A DNA stretch of 64,000 bases from Bdellovibrionota bacterium (GTDB lineage Bacteria > Bdellovibrionota_C > UBA2361 > JBGSMV01): assembly GCA_041739995.1 (NCBI GenBank), contig JBGSMV010000015.1:1-64000 (forward strand), written 5' to 3'. Below, piece after piece: positions 19,449-29,161 of the stretch. The notes below the pieces were generated by a model. The model did not search any database and was not told where the DNA came from. It was given only the letters and a program-made list of their open reading frames with translations. Numbering within the stretch: position 1 is the first letter of the stretch; each line of letters opens with the position of its first letter. Both the position numbers and the translations under genes were made by a program.

Positions 19449-22117
19449 TAGCCGCCCACTCTCGACTCAGCATGTGGGTCAGCACTTCGCGGCGAATGCC
19501 CATTTTGAGTAGCCGCCCAGACCGATAGCTGGTCGCGGAAAATCTTGGCATTGTGGCGCGCATCCACGGGGAAACTTGGGTGAAAATAAAATCTTTCAAG
19601 CCGATTGGTGAGCTCTGAGACCCCGGCGAGCGAGCGCAGTTCTTGGATAAACTGTTCCGTTTCTGCCGGACTACGAGGAAAATGCTCCGGCCACGGCTCG
19701 ATCGCCACTGCGGGTTCAGCTCCGTTCGCAATAGAAATCAGGGCGCTACGGCGCACCTTCTTGTGCTCATTAAACACCCGCTCAACTGGGTCACTAAAAA
19801 ATGTTCTCTCCGCTGTCCTGACGCGGTGGGCCTTACGCCCGCAAAAGAAGAGCCGTCCCAGTTTGTCGACGTATCCAGTATCGCCCATGCGATGCCAGCT
19901 GGTGTCGCCATCCGGAATTTTACCGAGCGCATTGGCGTCAGGGCGGTGTAGATACACAAGGCTCACGTTGGCACCCCTGACAATCACTTCGCCGATTTCG
20001 CCAGGCGCGAGCTCTTCCACCTGACTCATATCGGGAATCGAATCATCGGTGATGCGAATAATCTTGATCTCGACCCCACTCACGGGCTTTCCCACCGGGG
20101 TCCCGGACTCGCCGCTCTTCGCGGAAACATGCGCTTCAGCTAAGATTTCCCCGTCACGCAGAATATCGCTGGCTTTGATCATGGTGACCGGCAAGGCTTC
20201 AGTCGCGCCGTATGGCGTCGCCACCATCGCTCGCGGGGCGCAACGTTGCACGAGACCAAGAACTTTCGGCGAAACAGGTGCTCCCGCCATAAAAAGTCGC
20301 TGCAGAGAGTCGAGTGAGCGCTGATGAGTAACGCAGTACTCGGAGATCTTCTGCCAAAGCGTAGGCGAACCAAAAGACGAGGAAACCTTAAACTCGTGAA
20401 TTACGCGCGTGATTAACTCTGGGTCGAGATCGAGAGGTCGTGAAGGGTTCAGAGGCGCAATCACACTGCCCACACCCATCGCCAGATTAAAAAGCGCGAA
20501 AACTGGCAATAGTGGCAGGTCTCTTTCGCCGGGTACGAAGCTTAAGTCTTCAAAAAATATGCGGCACTGCGCTTCGAGCATTTGATTGGTGAAAACCACC
20601 CCTTTAGGAGTTCCCGTGGCGCCCGAAGTAAACGCAATCAATCCAGGCTGATCGCCCTGACGCCGGACCGGCGGTAGCGGTTGCGGCGAGAATCTCTGAA
20701 GAAAAGCGACACTCTGACTGCCCGGTAATGCAAATTCGCTCACGCTTACTGCGAAGCGCAAAGTCCGAAAGATTGATCGTTTAAGAAGCCGCAACAGGTG
20801 CGCCTTTGGCGCCCCAATGAACCCTTGAGGCGCAAGATCTTCGATGCACTTGAACAGATTCGCTCTTCCCATCCCCGGATCAAGAAATACAGGCACCGCC
20901 CCGCGTCCCATCACCGCGTAACTGAGCGCCAGAAACTCGATACCTGGGGGTACAAGCATCACAATGCGATCCCCTTCCCGCATGCCAAGCTCGACCAAGC
21001 CTCTCTCGTACTGACGCACGCGCGTAAAGAACTGCTCATAATCAACGCGCGACGAACTCAAAGGCTCCTGAAGTCCGGTCCCGGCAAGCGTTTTAGTAGC
21101 GATGCTGGATCCCTGCACCACAATCACTGCATCACGGTCCGGATGTTTGTGGGCACATTCAGCTGCTTGTTGGTAAAGCCATGAGCCTCCCGGTTGTCCC
21201 CGCAAAGCACGTAGGTACTCTGGGGACACTGCTGCACCATCTGAAAGAAACGCCGCTATTTTCTTACAGGCCTCTTCGTTCGAATCTTCAAGCACGAGAT
21301 GCGAAGCCTTTGCGACCTCAACCACTTCGGCTTGAGGAAAATGCCGGCTAACCTGGGTGAGCATGCTGCGATGGAAACAAGGGTCTCGAAGGCCCCAGTA
21401 AATCAACACAGGGATATTACGCAAAAGCGGGATTCTCTCGGAGACTTCAAGCAACGCCGAATGACTCGGGTGACTTTGGTCAAACGGAATATCTTGTACA
21501 AAATCCCAAATGGCAGTTCTTCGAGCAGCGTTCTGATACGGGAAAAGATAGCCCTGCTGCACATCTGCGGGGAGTTGTCGCACCACACCGAAACGCAACA
21601 TGAGCTTAAGAAAGCGTTTCGTTCTTTGAGTAATGAGACGTCCAATCCATGGGTTTGCAGCAAGACGTATGAAGCCAGGCAAATGCTCGGTCTCGGTCAG
21701 GGTTGTGTTTAAATAAACCAAGCGCTCTACTGAGTTCACTCTGCGCTGCGCTACCGCGGTCCCGATAGGGCCACCCCAGTCGTGCATAACAAGCGAAAAG
21801 CGCTTCACTCCGGCATGATCCAACAGACGCTCTAAGTGGTCCGACCTTTCGGACGCTCGGTAATGTCGATCGACTGGGTGATCGGAAAGTCCGCAGCCAA
21901 TATGATCGGGAACGATGACGCGATGATTCACCGCGAGGGCTCGCATGAGCTCCCTAAAGTAGAATGACCAAGTTGGGTTACCATGAACGAGTAGCACGGC
22001 CCGATCGCTGCGCGGTCCAATATCGTAGAAATGAAGTTTGACCCCGTCTATATCGATGAAGTTGGAGGGGTACGGAAGGTACTGCGCGGGCTCAAATGAC
22101 GAGAAGAGACGTGACAT
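19448..22117 (-). CDS. oleBC: Fused OleB (beta-lactone decarboxylase)-OleC (beta-lactone synthetase)
   Basis: N-terminal HGNPTWS, HDWGG, SHLVLED (haloalkane dehalogenase-like). C-terminal FTSGATGTPKG, PYGATE, WHRMGD, FPVDARHNAKIFR (OleC-type ANL enzyme). Confidence 0.9.
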   Translation of the reverse strand: MSRLFSSFEPAQYLPYPSNFIDIDGVKLHFYDIGPRSDRAVLLVHGNPTWSFYFRELMRALAVNHRVIVPDHIGCGLSDHPVDRHYRASERSDHLERLLDHAGVKRFSLVMHDWGGPIGTAVAQRRVNSVERLVYLNTTLTETEHLPGFIRLAANPWIGRLITQRTKRFLKLMLRFGVVRQLPADVQQGYLFPYQNAARRTAIWDFVQDIPFDQSHPSHSALLEVSERIPLLRNIPVLIYWGLRDPCFHRSMLTQVSRHFPQAEVVEVAKASHLVLEDSNEEACKKIAAFLSDGAAVSPEYLRALRGQPGGSWLYQQAAECAHKHPDRDAVIVVQGSSIATKTLAGTGLQEPLSSSRVDYEQFFTRVRQYERGLVELGMREGDRIVMLVPPGIEFLALSYAVMGRGAVPVFLDPGMGRANLFKCIEDLAPQGFIGAPKAHLLRLLKRSIFRTLRFAVSVSEFALPGSQSVAFLQRFSPQPLPPVRRQGDQPGLIAFTSGATGTPKGVVFTNQMLEAQCRIFFEDLSFVPGERDLPLLPVFALFNLAMGVGSVIAPLNPSRPLDLDPELITRVIHEFKVSSSFGSPTLWQKISEYCVTHQRSLDSLQRLFMAGAPVSPKVLGLVQRCAPRAMVATPYGATEALPVTMIKASDILRDGEILAEAHVSAKSGESGTPVGKPVSGVEIKIIRITDDSIPDMSQVEELAPGEIGEVIVRGANVSLVYLHRPDANALGKIPDGDTSWHRMGDTGYVDKLGRLFFCGRKAHRVRTAERTFFSDPVERVFNEHKKVRRSALISIANGAEPAVAIEPWPEHFPRSPAETEQFIQELRSLAGVSELTNRLERFYFHPSFPVDARHNAKIFRDQLSVWAATQNGHSPRSADPHAESRVGG

Positions 22118-22134
22118 ATAGAGAAACGTGCCGC

Positions 22135-22160
22135 AAAAAAAAGCACCTCCAGAGGTGCTT
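22135..22160 (-). terminator. Intrinsic terminator-like hairpin between oleA and oleBC
   Basis: Minus strand reads AA-GCACCT-CTGG-AGGTGC-TTTTTTTT. Confidence 0.6.
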
Positions 22161-22259
22161 CACCAAATCAAGGTTCCGCCGTTAAGAGACGGACCAAGAC
22201 CGCCTCAGGATGCCCATCCCCTAAAGCATACAAGCCTCGGGAAATGGCTCAACCTCAAC

Positions 22260-23321
22260 CTACCACACAATCCCAGTGAAAATAGAATTCAGTCCACTAC
22301 CAAAGGCCGTGAGTAGAACCTTCTCGCCCGACTTCATCCCTTTCTCCTTTGCCCCCATAGCAAGGCACGTAGGCAGCGCGGCGGACACGAGATTACCGAT
22401 ATCCTTATAGACGGTAAACTCTTTCTCCATATCGAGGCCCATCTCACGGTAGAAGCCCTCGTTCACCTGCTTTCCGACTTGATGGCAGAACACATGCTGG
22501 ATGTCTTCCCGATTCCAGCCAAAGCCTTCTGAGAAGTCCTTAAACATTCGACCACCTAGTTTGGCGGCAGCACTCATGAGTTTCCCCGATTCAGTACGCA
22601 TCAGTGGAGTAATTTTATCATGATCGACTAACTGAAGGTCAGAATTACCCATGCAGAATTCACTACAGTCAGTGGCTGAACGCGCAACAGATCCAATCAA
22701 TCTATGCCCGGAAGTCGCGAGCGACTCATGCACGAGTAGGTAGGCAACCGCGCCGCACCCAAGCGTGAGCGTCGGCAGCACCGTCATTAGGTCCTCGCGC
22801 TTCACTGCACCCTCTTTCTGAAGCTGCTCAATAGTTGATTCAATTATCGGAGTGACCGTTTCCCCTGAAGTAACCAAGCCAGCCTTGATGACCCCCATTT
22901 CAATCATGGTGGCCACCTGCATGAGGCCGTTAGAGAAACCGATGCAGGCATTCGTAATATCGAAAGCTGCAGCGCTCTCAGATAGTCCAAGATTTTGATG
23001 CACAAGACAGGCCGTCGCCGGCTCAAAAAAATCGCGAGTTACTGAACAGTTGACCACAAGCCCAATCTGCTCGCGCTTAATGTTGCTCTGTGCGAGGGCT
23101 TGTTCCGCCGCCACGGTCGCTACCTGACTCGGCATGGTTGGGCGAGGCCATAAGCGACGAGCTCTGACGCCACTAAGTTTCTCTAAGGTGCCGTGTGGCA
23201 TCTGAAAACGCTCGTACAGTCCGGAGAGGCGATCTTCCAACTCAGCCGAAGTCACCTCCAGCTCCGGAAGATTCACCGCCATGGATTCAATGCACACGCT
23301 CTTAAATCGAAGTGGTCCCAT
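22260..23321 (-). CDS. oleA: OleA, thiolase-fold head-to-head condensing enzyme
   Basis: RDFFEPATA (catalytic Glu), FDITNAC (Cys), TLTLGCGA, HQVG (His), GN; upstream of oleBC and oleD. Confidence 0.9.
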   Translation of the reverse strand: MGPLRFKSVCIESMAVNLPELEVTSAELEDRLSGLYERFQMPHGTLEKLSGVRARRLWPRPTMPSQVATVAAEQALAQSNIKREQIGLVVNCSVTRDFFEPATACLVHQNLGLSESAAAFDITNACIGFSNGLMQVATMIEMGVIKAGLVTSGETVTPIIESTIEQLQKEGAVKREDLMTVLPTLTLGCGAVAYLLVHESLATSGHRLIGSVARSATDCSEFCMGNSDLQLVDHDKITPLMRTESGKLMSAAAKLGGRMFKDFSEGFGWNREDIQHVFCHQVGKQVNEGFYREMGLDMEKEFTVYKDIGNLVSAALPTCLAMGAKEKGMKSGEKVLLTAFGSGLNSIFTGIVW

Positions 23322-23563
23322 AAGCGGAAATTACAAATGCTAGTATTCTTTTAAGTTGGCGAAACCTTCTGCAGAGCAACTTTCTTGAGGAGACGTGGCA
23401 AAATATATGCAAACGCTCTAAGACGTCAGCTCGCGCCATTTCTCTGACAAGATTAGGTCCTAAGTCTCTGTTGAGGCCCTACTTTAGCCAGCAAGTCCCG
23501 TCTCCTACAAGGGCTCGAGACGTTGTTTTTACTCAGAACGTCCCATAAGCTCGAAGAACATCT

Positions 23564-24697
23564 CTATGGCAGGCTCTCTTTCAGAACCTGCTCTAAAGAG
23601 CCCTGATTTTGCACCACCCAGCGAGCAATTTGCAGCTGCGCTTTGGCGCGCACAAGGTTATGGGTCGGATAGTGCACTCTAAAATAACGGTCTCCGAGGA
23701 TAAAATCTGACAGAAAACGCATCCCCAAAGAGAAGGCGATCACCCCCGGCGCCTGTGCCATGAGCGCGCTCTCAGCGGGAGTGAGTATGGTCCCACATTC
23801 GGCCAGATATCCGCGCGCGAGTGCGGCAAAGAGTCGCAAGTCCACCTTCACTTTGGAAAGATCTTGCTCGTCTTCCTCAACAGGAACGCCCGCCGAACGG
23901 ACCATGTCCCCGAAATCATATAGAGAAGTCCCTACCATACAGGTGTCAAGATCGACCACACACAAGACCTGAGGGCTTCCACGTCGAAACAAGACGTTAT
24001 TCACCTTTGGATCTGCATGGGTGACACGCGTGGGAACTGCTCCGGAGTTTATTCCCTCCGCGATTAGGCTCGCCAGATGCCTATGCTCTTGCACGAAGCT
24101 GACTAACTCTGCCGCTTGCACAGCGCGCCCCTCAGGATCTTGCTGCAACGCAGATTCGAATGCTGTGTAGCGCCCCTGCACATCTTGAAAACCCTTGATC
24201 GGCTCAACCAACAACGTCTGATCGAAGTCATGTAGGAGACGTAAAAATCTTCCAAAGGCAGCTCCCACTGCTTCCGCGTGAGCATCGCTGGGACTTACAT
24301 CAAAGCCTTCACTGTCCTCGATGAATCCAAAGGTTCTCCACAAAGCGCCTGAACTATCTTCGTGCCAAAGCTTTCCTGTGCGACTGCACACAAATTCAAG
24401 AGTCAGCTCCGGAGCAAGAACGCGAGGCCTGAGATGATCGGTAATCAACTGAACGTTTCGAAGTATAGCCGGAACGTCCTTAAAGACCTCAGAATTCATG
24501 CGCTGGTGGATATACTGCTGAACGATCGGCTTCGCGCGGGATCCGCCCGCCTTAGTCCAACGTGAACGATAGGTGACGTTAATGTGCCCAGTGTCTACCC
24601 TTTCAATATCGAGCAGTTCGCCAGCAACAGCGAAATTTTGGGCTGATTCACGAGCACAAAGAAGGTCAGCACCGGGAAGATCATCGCCTGAAGTCAC
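23564..24697 (-). CDS. Aminoglycoside phosphotransferase family / N-acetylhexosamine kinase-like
   Basis: GHINVTY, THADPKVNNVLF, VVDLDT, YDFGD, RFLSDF..GDRYF..HNLVRA. Confidence 0.85.
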   Translation of the reverse strand: MTSGDDLPGADLLCARESAQNFAVAGELLDIERVDTGHINVTYRSRWTKAGGSRAKPIVQQYIHQRMNSEVFKDVPAILRNVQLITDHLRPRVLAPELTLEFVCSRTGKLWHEDSSGALWRTFGFIEDSEGFDVSPSDAHAEAVGAAFGRFLRLLHDFDQTLLVEPIKGFQDVQGRYTAFESALQQDPEGRAVQAAELVSFVQEHRHLASLIAEGINSGAVPTRVTHADPKVNNVLFRRGSPQVLCVVDLDTCMVGTSLYDFGDMVRSAGVPVEEDEQDLSKVKVDLRLFAALARGYLAECGTILTPAESALMAQAPGVIAFSLGMRFLSDFILGDRYFRVHYPTHNLVRAKAQLQIARWVVQNQGSLEQVLKESLP

Positions 24698-24718
24698 GGC
24701 ACCTCTTCGCGCTCAGAG

Positions 24719-25390
24719 TTAGACAGGTCTTGGTTGGTGAGTACCTGCGTGCCCGGCAAGAACGAGAACTGAATTGCAGGCAAGCTCAATACAGAGCAAA
24801 TCACGAGGTCCTAGTTTGATACGACGACGTTCTTCTTCTGTTCTTCCGGTCACGAGACGTAGCCAACAAGTCTCCTCTCCAGTGAGCTTTCCTTGTTGTC
24901 CACGCGGTTTATCGCGATAAAGCTTAATGAGCGTGTCCGAATCTCCGCCGCCAGGCGCGCCGGTTCCGAATGATGCCGCACCTGCCTCAGCAGACTCCGC
25001 CGTTGTCGCAGCTTGAGCCTCTGCCGACGTATGCGTACCCTGCAAAATTACATTTTCGTCTAAGGATTCAACGCCGTACAAGAAAGCGCGGCAAGTTGCC
25101 CAAAGGCCGCCGATGGCCTCAAGCGGCAACAGCATATCGAGAAAACCCGGAGAATTAGGCGCCTCGGCCCCGTTGATAATGGGGGTATAATAAAGTCTTA
25201 GCCCTTCAGCTTGTGGGACCAGCTGTAAGCTTCCGAACGACTTGGTAATTGAGAACGTGATTCCGCCTGTGTACATAACCGCTAAATCCTCCTGTGAGAC
25301 AACCCCTGCTGCTGGAGGCGGATAGTAAACTAAGTGCCCCCTTCTTTCAAAAGGAAAGAAGTAGCGCCGGGGCGCTCCTCGCACAGGCAC
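24719..25390 (-). CDS. Hypothetical protein (start uncertain, possibly MYTGG)
   Basis: Long ORF co-directional with and close to the kinase gene; no motif recognised. Confidence 0.55.
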   Translation of the reverse strand: MPVRGAPRRYFFPFERRGHLVYYPPPAAGVVSQEDLAVMYTGGITFSITKSFGSLQLVPQAEGLRLYYTPIINGAEAPNSPGFLDMLLPLEAIGGLWATCRAFLYGVESLDENVILQGTHTSAEAQAATTAESAEAGAASFGTGAPGGGDSDTLIKLYRDKPRGQQGKLTGEETCWLRLVTGRTEEERRRIKLGPRDLLCIELACNSVLVLAGHAGTHQPRPV

Positions 25391-25506
25391 TCAATTGTCT
25401 CTATTTGAGTATAATAATAAGTTAATTCAGTCGCTTAGAGCGTGCGCACGGTATCTCTTCCAGATCACTTATTTTGAATACGTGCACGCGTTAGACTGCT
25501 TGGACT

Positions 25507-26043
25507 ATGCACAGTCACATTGACCTTACCGTTTGTCCGCGTGTCACCTATTTTTTTGGGGTCCCTGGGGCAGGCAAGTCTTTTTGCGCGGAAGCACTGA
25601 GTAACGCGACAGGCGTTCATTGGTATGAGGCAGACTCGGACCTGCCAGACGAGATCCGAGAAGCGGTTGCCAACAAGATGCCGTTTACGGAAGAGCAGCG
25701 CGACCGCCTATACGCACATATCGGTGGGCGAATCCTTGAGCTACTCAATGTTCACTCACGCATCATCGTCTCTCAAGCAACTTTCAAGCAACGACATCGC
25801 AATGCATTAAGCGCCATGATCTCTGGACTTCACTTCATTTGGGTTAATGCACCTAAGGAACTTATTGCTACGCGATTACGAACGCGCGGTGGCCCACTCG
25901 ACGCCGATTACGGATTAGCAATCGCCAAGATGTTTGAGCCGCCAGACGACTCGACTTCGAAGCTTTTCAATGATGGATCGACTGAGCAGGTATTGGATCG
26001 GCTAATCGACCTTTTCACAATGGAGCAGGGCTCCCCTTCCTAG
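25507..26043 (+). CDS. P-loop kinase, gluconokinase/shikimate kinase-like
   Basis: GVPGAGKS, EADSDLP, MPFTEEQR, FEPP. Confidence 0.75.
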   Translation: MHSHIDLTVCPRVTYFFGVPGAGKSFCAEALSNATGVHWYEADSDLPDEIREAVANKMPFTEEQRDRLYAHIGGRILELLNVHSRIIVSQATFKQRHRNALSAMISGLHFIWVNAPKELIATRLRTRGGPLDADYGLAIAKMFEPPDDSTSKLFNDGSTEQVLDRLIDLFTMEQGSPS

Positions 26044-26112
26044 TTCTCAGGCGAACCAACCTGAGAAACCGGTCTCACGACGAAAGACTGCGCTCAGATT
26101 CTTGTCCTCAAA

Positions 26113-26694
26113 TTAGCTTCGTCGTTTCTGAAACTTAAAACAGCCTTCCACATGATCATCCACCATGCCGGTGGCCTGCATATGGGCATAACAGATAGTC
26201 GATCCGACGAACTTAAATCCACGCCGCTTCAAATCCTTACTCATTGCGTCTGACTCTTTAGTGCTGACCGGAATGCGCTTTCGCGTCATGCCGCGCGGAT
26301 CTCTCAAAGTCTTTCCGCCGGTAAACTGCCAGAGATACTCGTCGAAAGAACCGAGTTCCTCTTGAATGTCTAGGTAGGCCTGCGCGTTGGTTATAGCCGC
26401 TTCGACTTTAAGTCTGTTTCTGATAATCCCTTCATCAGACAGTAAGCGCTGCACATCACGCTTAGTAAACCGTGCGATTTTTTCTGCATTGAATTTCGCA
26501 AAAGCATTACGAAAATTTTCGCGCTTCCTAAGCACCGTTATCCAACTCAAGCCCGCCTGAAATCCTTCTAAGATTATCATCTCAAACAGTCGTCGGTCGT
26601 CATGCAGTGGCACCCCCCACTCATCATCGTGATAGGCGACGTATAACGGATCTTCCCCGCACCACCAGCAACGCGTCTTAACCTTTTGCTTCAT
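26113..26694 (-). CDS. tag: DNA-3-methyladenine glycosylase I
   Basis: RCWW, YHDDEWG, LEGFQAGLSW, GIIRNRLK, GFKFVG, GMVDDH. Confidence 0.97.
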   Translation of the reverse strand: MKQKVKTRCWWCGEDPLYVAYHDDEWGVPLHDDRRLFEMIILEGFQAGLSWITVLRKRENFRNAFAKFNAEKIARFTKRDVQRLLSDEGIIRNRLKVEAAITNAQAYLDIQEELGSFDEYLWQFTGGKTLRDPRGMTRKRIPVSTKESDAMSKDLKRRGFKFVGSTICYAHMQATGMVDDHVEGCFKFQKRRS

Positions 26695-26934
26695 AACTCT
26701 CTCATTTCGACCTGGTGGTTGTACTGTAGCGAAAAAAGACCTGCCAAAGAGGAATGCCTAAGACTTGCCGGTTCCTCACTTAGAAAGTCATACCCGCCAC
26801 CCCCTTGAATGAAGGGTGAACATTCTCTTGTACCCACTCGCACTACGCTACCATGATCTTCCATCAACTCAATAAAATGCCGATATTCCACGCTTCTAGC
26901 GATCTCTCTTTGGTTCGGTTAGGCTGCCAGGTTT

Positions 26935-28506
26935 ATGTCTGACCGTCCTCTATTAATCACTGCCGATATTACCGCCGAAGATTTGCGGCGATGCACCCGC
27001 ATTTTCGAGGCTATTGGAAGTGACCTCCTCATTCTTGATAAACTTACCATCGAAGAGCGGAATCGACTTTTAATAGCCGTAGGTCGAGCGCTGAAGCCTG
27101 ATCAATTGGAGTTACGAAAAAGAAGCAGAGCCAACCGCCAAGCGAAAAATGATGCCCGACGAGCAATAGATCGAAAAGCCCGCGCAGCTACAACCATCAG
27201 AGTTACCCGCGATCACGAAGTCTATATTGCACCACGTCGGCTGCTGTCGAGCCCAGCGCCAGCCGTCCCCGACCTTGCGACTCCGGATCACTGCTACATC
27301 TGCAAAACAGAATTCACCAAAGTTCATCACTTCTATGATTCTCTTTGTCCGTCGTGTGGCGACTTAAATTACGAAAAACGCTTTCAGAGCGCCCCGCTGC
27401 ACGGCAAGACCGCGCTCATTACTGGCGCTCGTCTTAAGATCGGCTATCAAGCGGCGCTAATGCTGCTGCGCGCCGGCGCAAGAGTTATTGTCACCACAAG
27501 ATTCCCTCATGATGCGGCCGTGCGCTACGCCGGCGAATCTGATTTTCCCGAATGGCAATCGCGGCTTTCGATATATGGACTCGACCTGCGCCACTCCCCC
27601 AGCGTTGAGACTTTTACGCGCTATATAAATCAGACCGAAGATCGCCTTGATTTTCTGATCAACAATGCAGCTCAAACGGTGCGTCGGCCGCCCGGATTTT
27701 ACGCACACCTGCTTGCGCGCGAAGAGCTCCCCATCGAAGATCTTCCCCCAGACGCACAATCACTTCTTCACAATTTCACCCAGTGCAAATCTCTACTCTT
27801 AGGCAGCGACACACATTCTGACGCTGCTGAGGGCACAAAGTGGATCTCCGAATGGCATCGAGGCAAGGAGTCCCAGAAACAATCCGAGACCCTCGGCATT
27901 GTGGCAGCAGCACACCTTTCTCAAATTCCATACAGCTGCGACGACCAGCTCGCTCTAAATGCCGACTTATTCCCGGAAGGAAAGCTCGATGCAGATCTGC
28001 AACAAGTTGATCTCAGGTCTATGAATAGCTGGCGAATGAAATTGGCTGACGTTCCCACGGCAGAGCTCTTGGAAGTGCAGCTGGTCAACTCTATTGCCCC
28101 ATTCATCCTGTGCGCTCACCTAAAACCTCTGATGCTTAGGCATCCGACCAACGACAAGCATATCGTCAATGTCTCTGCGATGGAGGGCAAGTTTGCGCGT
28201 CACACCAAAACAGACCGACATCCGCATACCAACATGGCAAAAGCCGCACTGAACATGATGACTCTCACCTCTGCTCGAGACTACGTGAAGGATGGTATTT
28301 ACATGAATGCGGTAGACACCGGCTGGGTCACGGACGAAGACCCTGCAGAGCAAGCGCTGCGCAAAGTGCAGGAACTGGATTTCCAACCCCCGCTTGATAT
28401 CGTTGACGGTGCCGCGCGAGTGCTTGATCCGATTTTTTCGGGGCTGCTTACTGGCAAGCACTCATGGGGAAATTTCCTTAAGGATTACGCACCGACGGAA
28501 TGGTAG
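26935..28506 (+). CDS. SDR oxidoreductase with N-terminal CxxC..CxxC zinc ribbon
   Basis: CYIC..CPSC, TGARLKIG, INNAAQT, HPHTNMAK, VDTGW. Confidence 0.85.
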   Translation: MSDRPLLITADITAEDLRRCTRIFEAIGSDLLILDKLTIEERNRLLIAVGRALKPDQLELRKRSRANRQAKNDARRAIDRKARAATTIRVTRDHEVYIAPRRLLSSPAPAVPDLATPDHCYICKTEFTKVHHFYDSLCPSCGDLNYEKRFQSAPLHGKTALITGARLKIGYQAALMLLRAGARVIVTTRFPHDAAVRYAGESDFPEWQSRLSIYGLDLRHSPSVETFTRYINQTEDRLDFLINNAAQTVRRPPGFYAHLLAREELPIEDLPPDAQSLLHNFTQCKSLLLGSDTHSDAAEGTKWISEWHRGKESQKQSETLGIVAAAHLSQIPYSCDDQLALNADLFPEGKLDADLQQVDLRSMNSWRMKLADVPTAELLEVQLVNSIAPFILCAHLKPLMLRHPTNDKHIVNVSAMEGKFARHTKTDRHPHTNMAKAALNMMTLTSARDYVKDGIYMNAVDTGWVTDEDPAEQALRKVQELDFQPPLDIVDGAARVLDPIFSGLLTGKHSWGNFLKDYAPTEW

Positions 28507-28667
28507 TGCGACTTGCCAACCCTCAGCACCTCTCTTCGAGTGCCAGATACTCACGTAAGGTGCTCAAGTCTCACGCCCATATGAGAATCTCGTAGTTCTC
28601 CTATAAACTCGTAATGCATTTTTATGCCACCACCTTCTCCTTCGCCCCAATGACGAATGTAATTATT

Positions 28668-29048
28668 ATGTTTGTTTTATTTGGAGTATGTTTTATCAGG
28701 TTTTTTCTATCGCTTTTCTCCGCTATGTTACTCACCGTCGGAAGTGTGAACTCAGCTTAAGCTGATGAAGCCCCATCCGGATTTCTCTCGCTCGAAGAAG
28801 CAGTTGCCGTCACTTTAGATCTACTTGACAAGGCCGGCGGTGGCATCACTCACGTTAAAGCTTGTTGGTGCACCTGTCGGGTCTCAATGGAAGTAGCACC
28901 GACAAGAATAGTGTTCCCACAACCTGCAGGCGAGCGCTGCGACGAACAGACAGGGATACCTTGCGAAACCGAAACAGGTGACAAAGGCGAGACCGAACGG
29001 TGCGGAAGTGCGGGCTTCGTTCCTGTCCTCGGCATCAATGTTGACTAG
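28668..29048 (+). pseudogene. Small secreted six-Cys protein interrupted by an in-frame TAA at the signal-peptidase site
   Basis: Manual translation: MFVLFGVCFIRFFLSLFSAMLLTVGSVNSA*ADEAP...ACWCTC...RC...PC...RC...NVD*. The stop is at 28758-28760. Confidence 0.55.
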
Positions 29049-29063
29049 CCGAAGGCCTGCGCG

Positions 29064-29101
29064 CCAAGAGTAGCCTCAGGGAACCGCGAGGCTACTCTTG
29101 G
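29064..29101. terminator. Strong hairpin between convergent genes
   Basis: Perfect 14-bp IR CCAAGAGTAGCCTC-N10-GAGGCTACTCTTGG; no clear U-tract. Confidence 0.55.
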
Positions 29102-29161
29102 TAGTCCTACTCCTCGATCTGGGGCTACTTCAGAGCACCGCTCAGCGGCCCGCCTCCCGAC

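Noticed and set aside
22260..23321. Plain FabH or type III PKS
   Set aside because: EPATA, LTLGCGA and HQVG motifs and adjacency to oleBC and oleD fit OleA better.
23396..23411. sigma54-like TGGCA-N-TGCA (GG-N10-GC) motif
   Set aside because: It is on the plus strand, pointing away from oleA and antisense to the kinase gene; likely chance.
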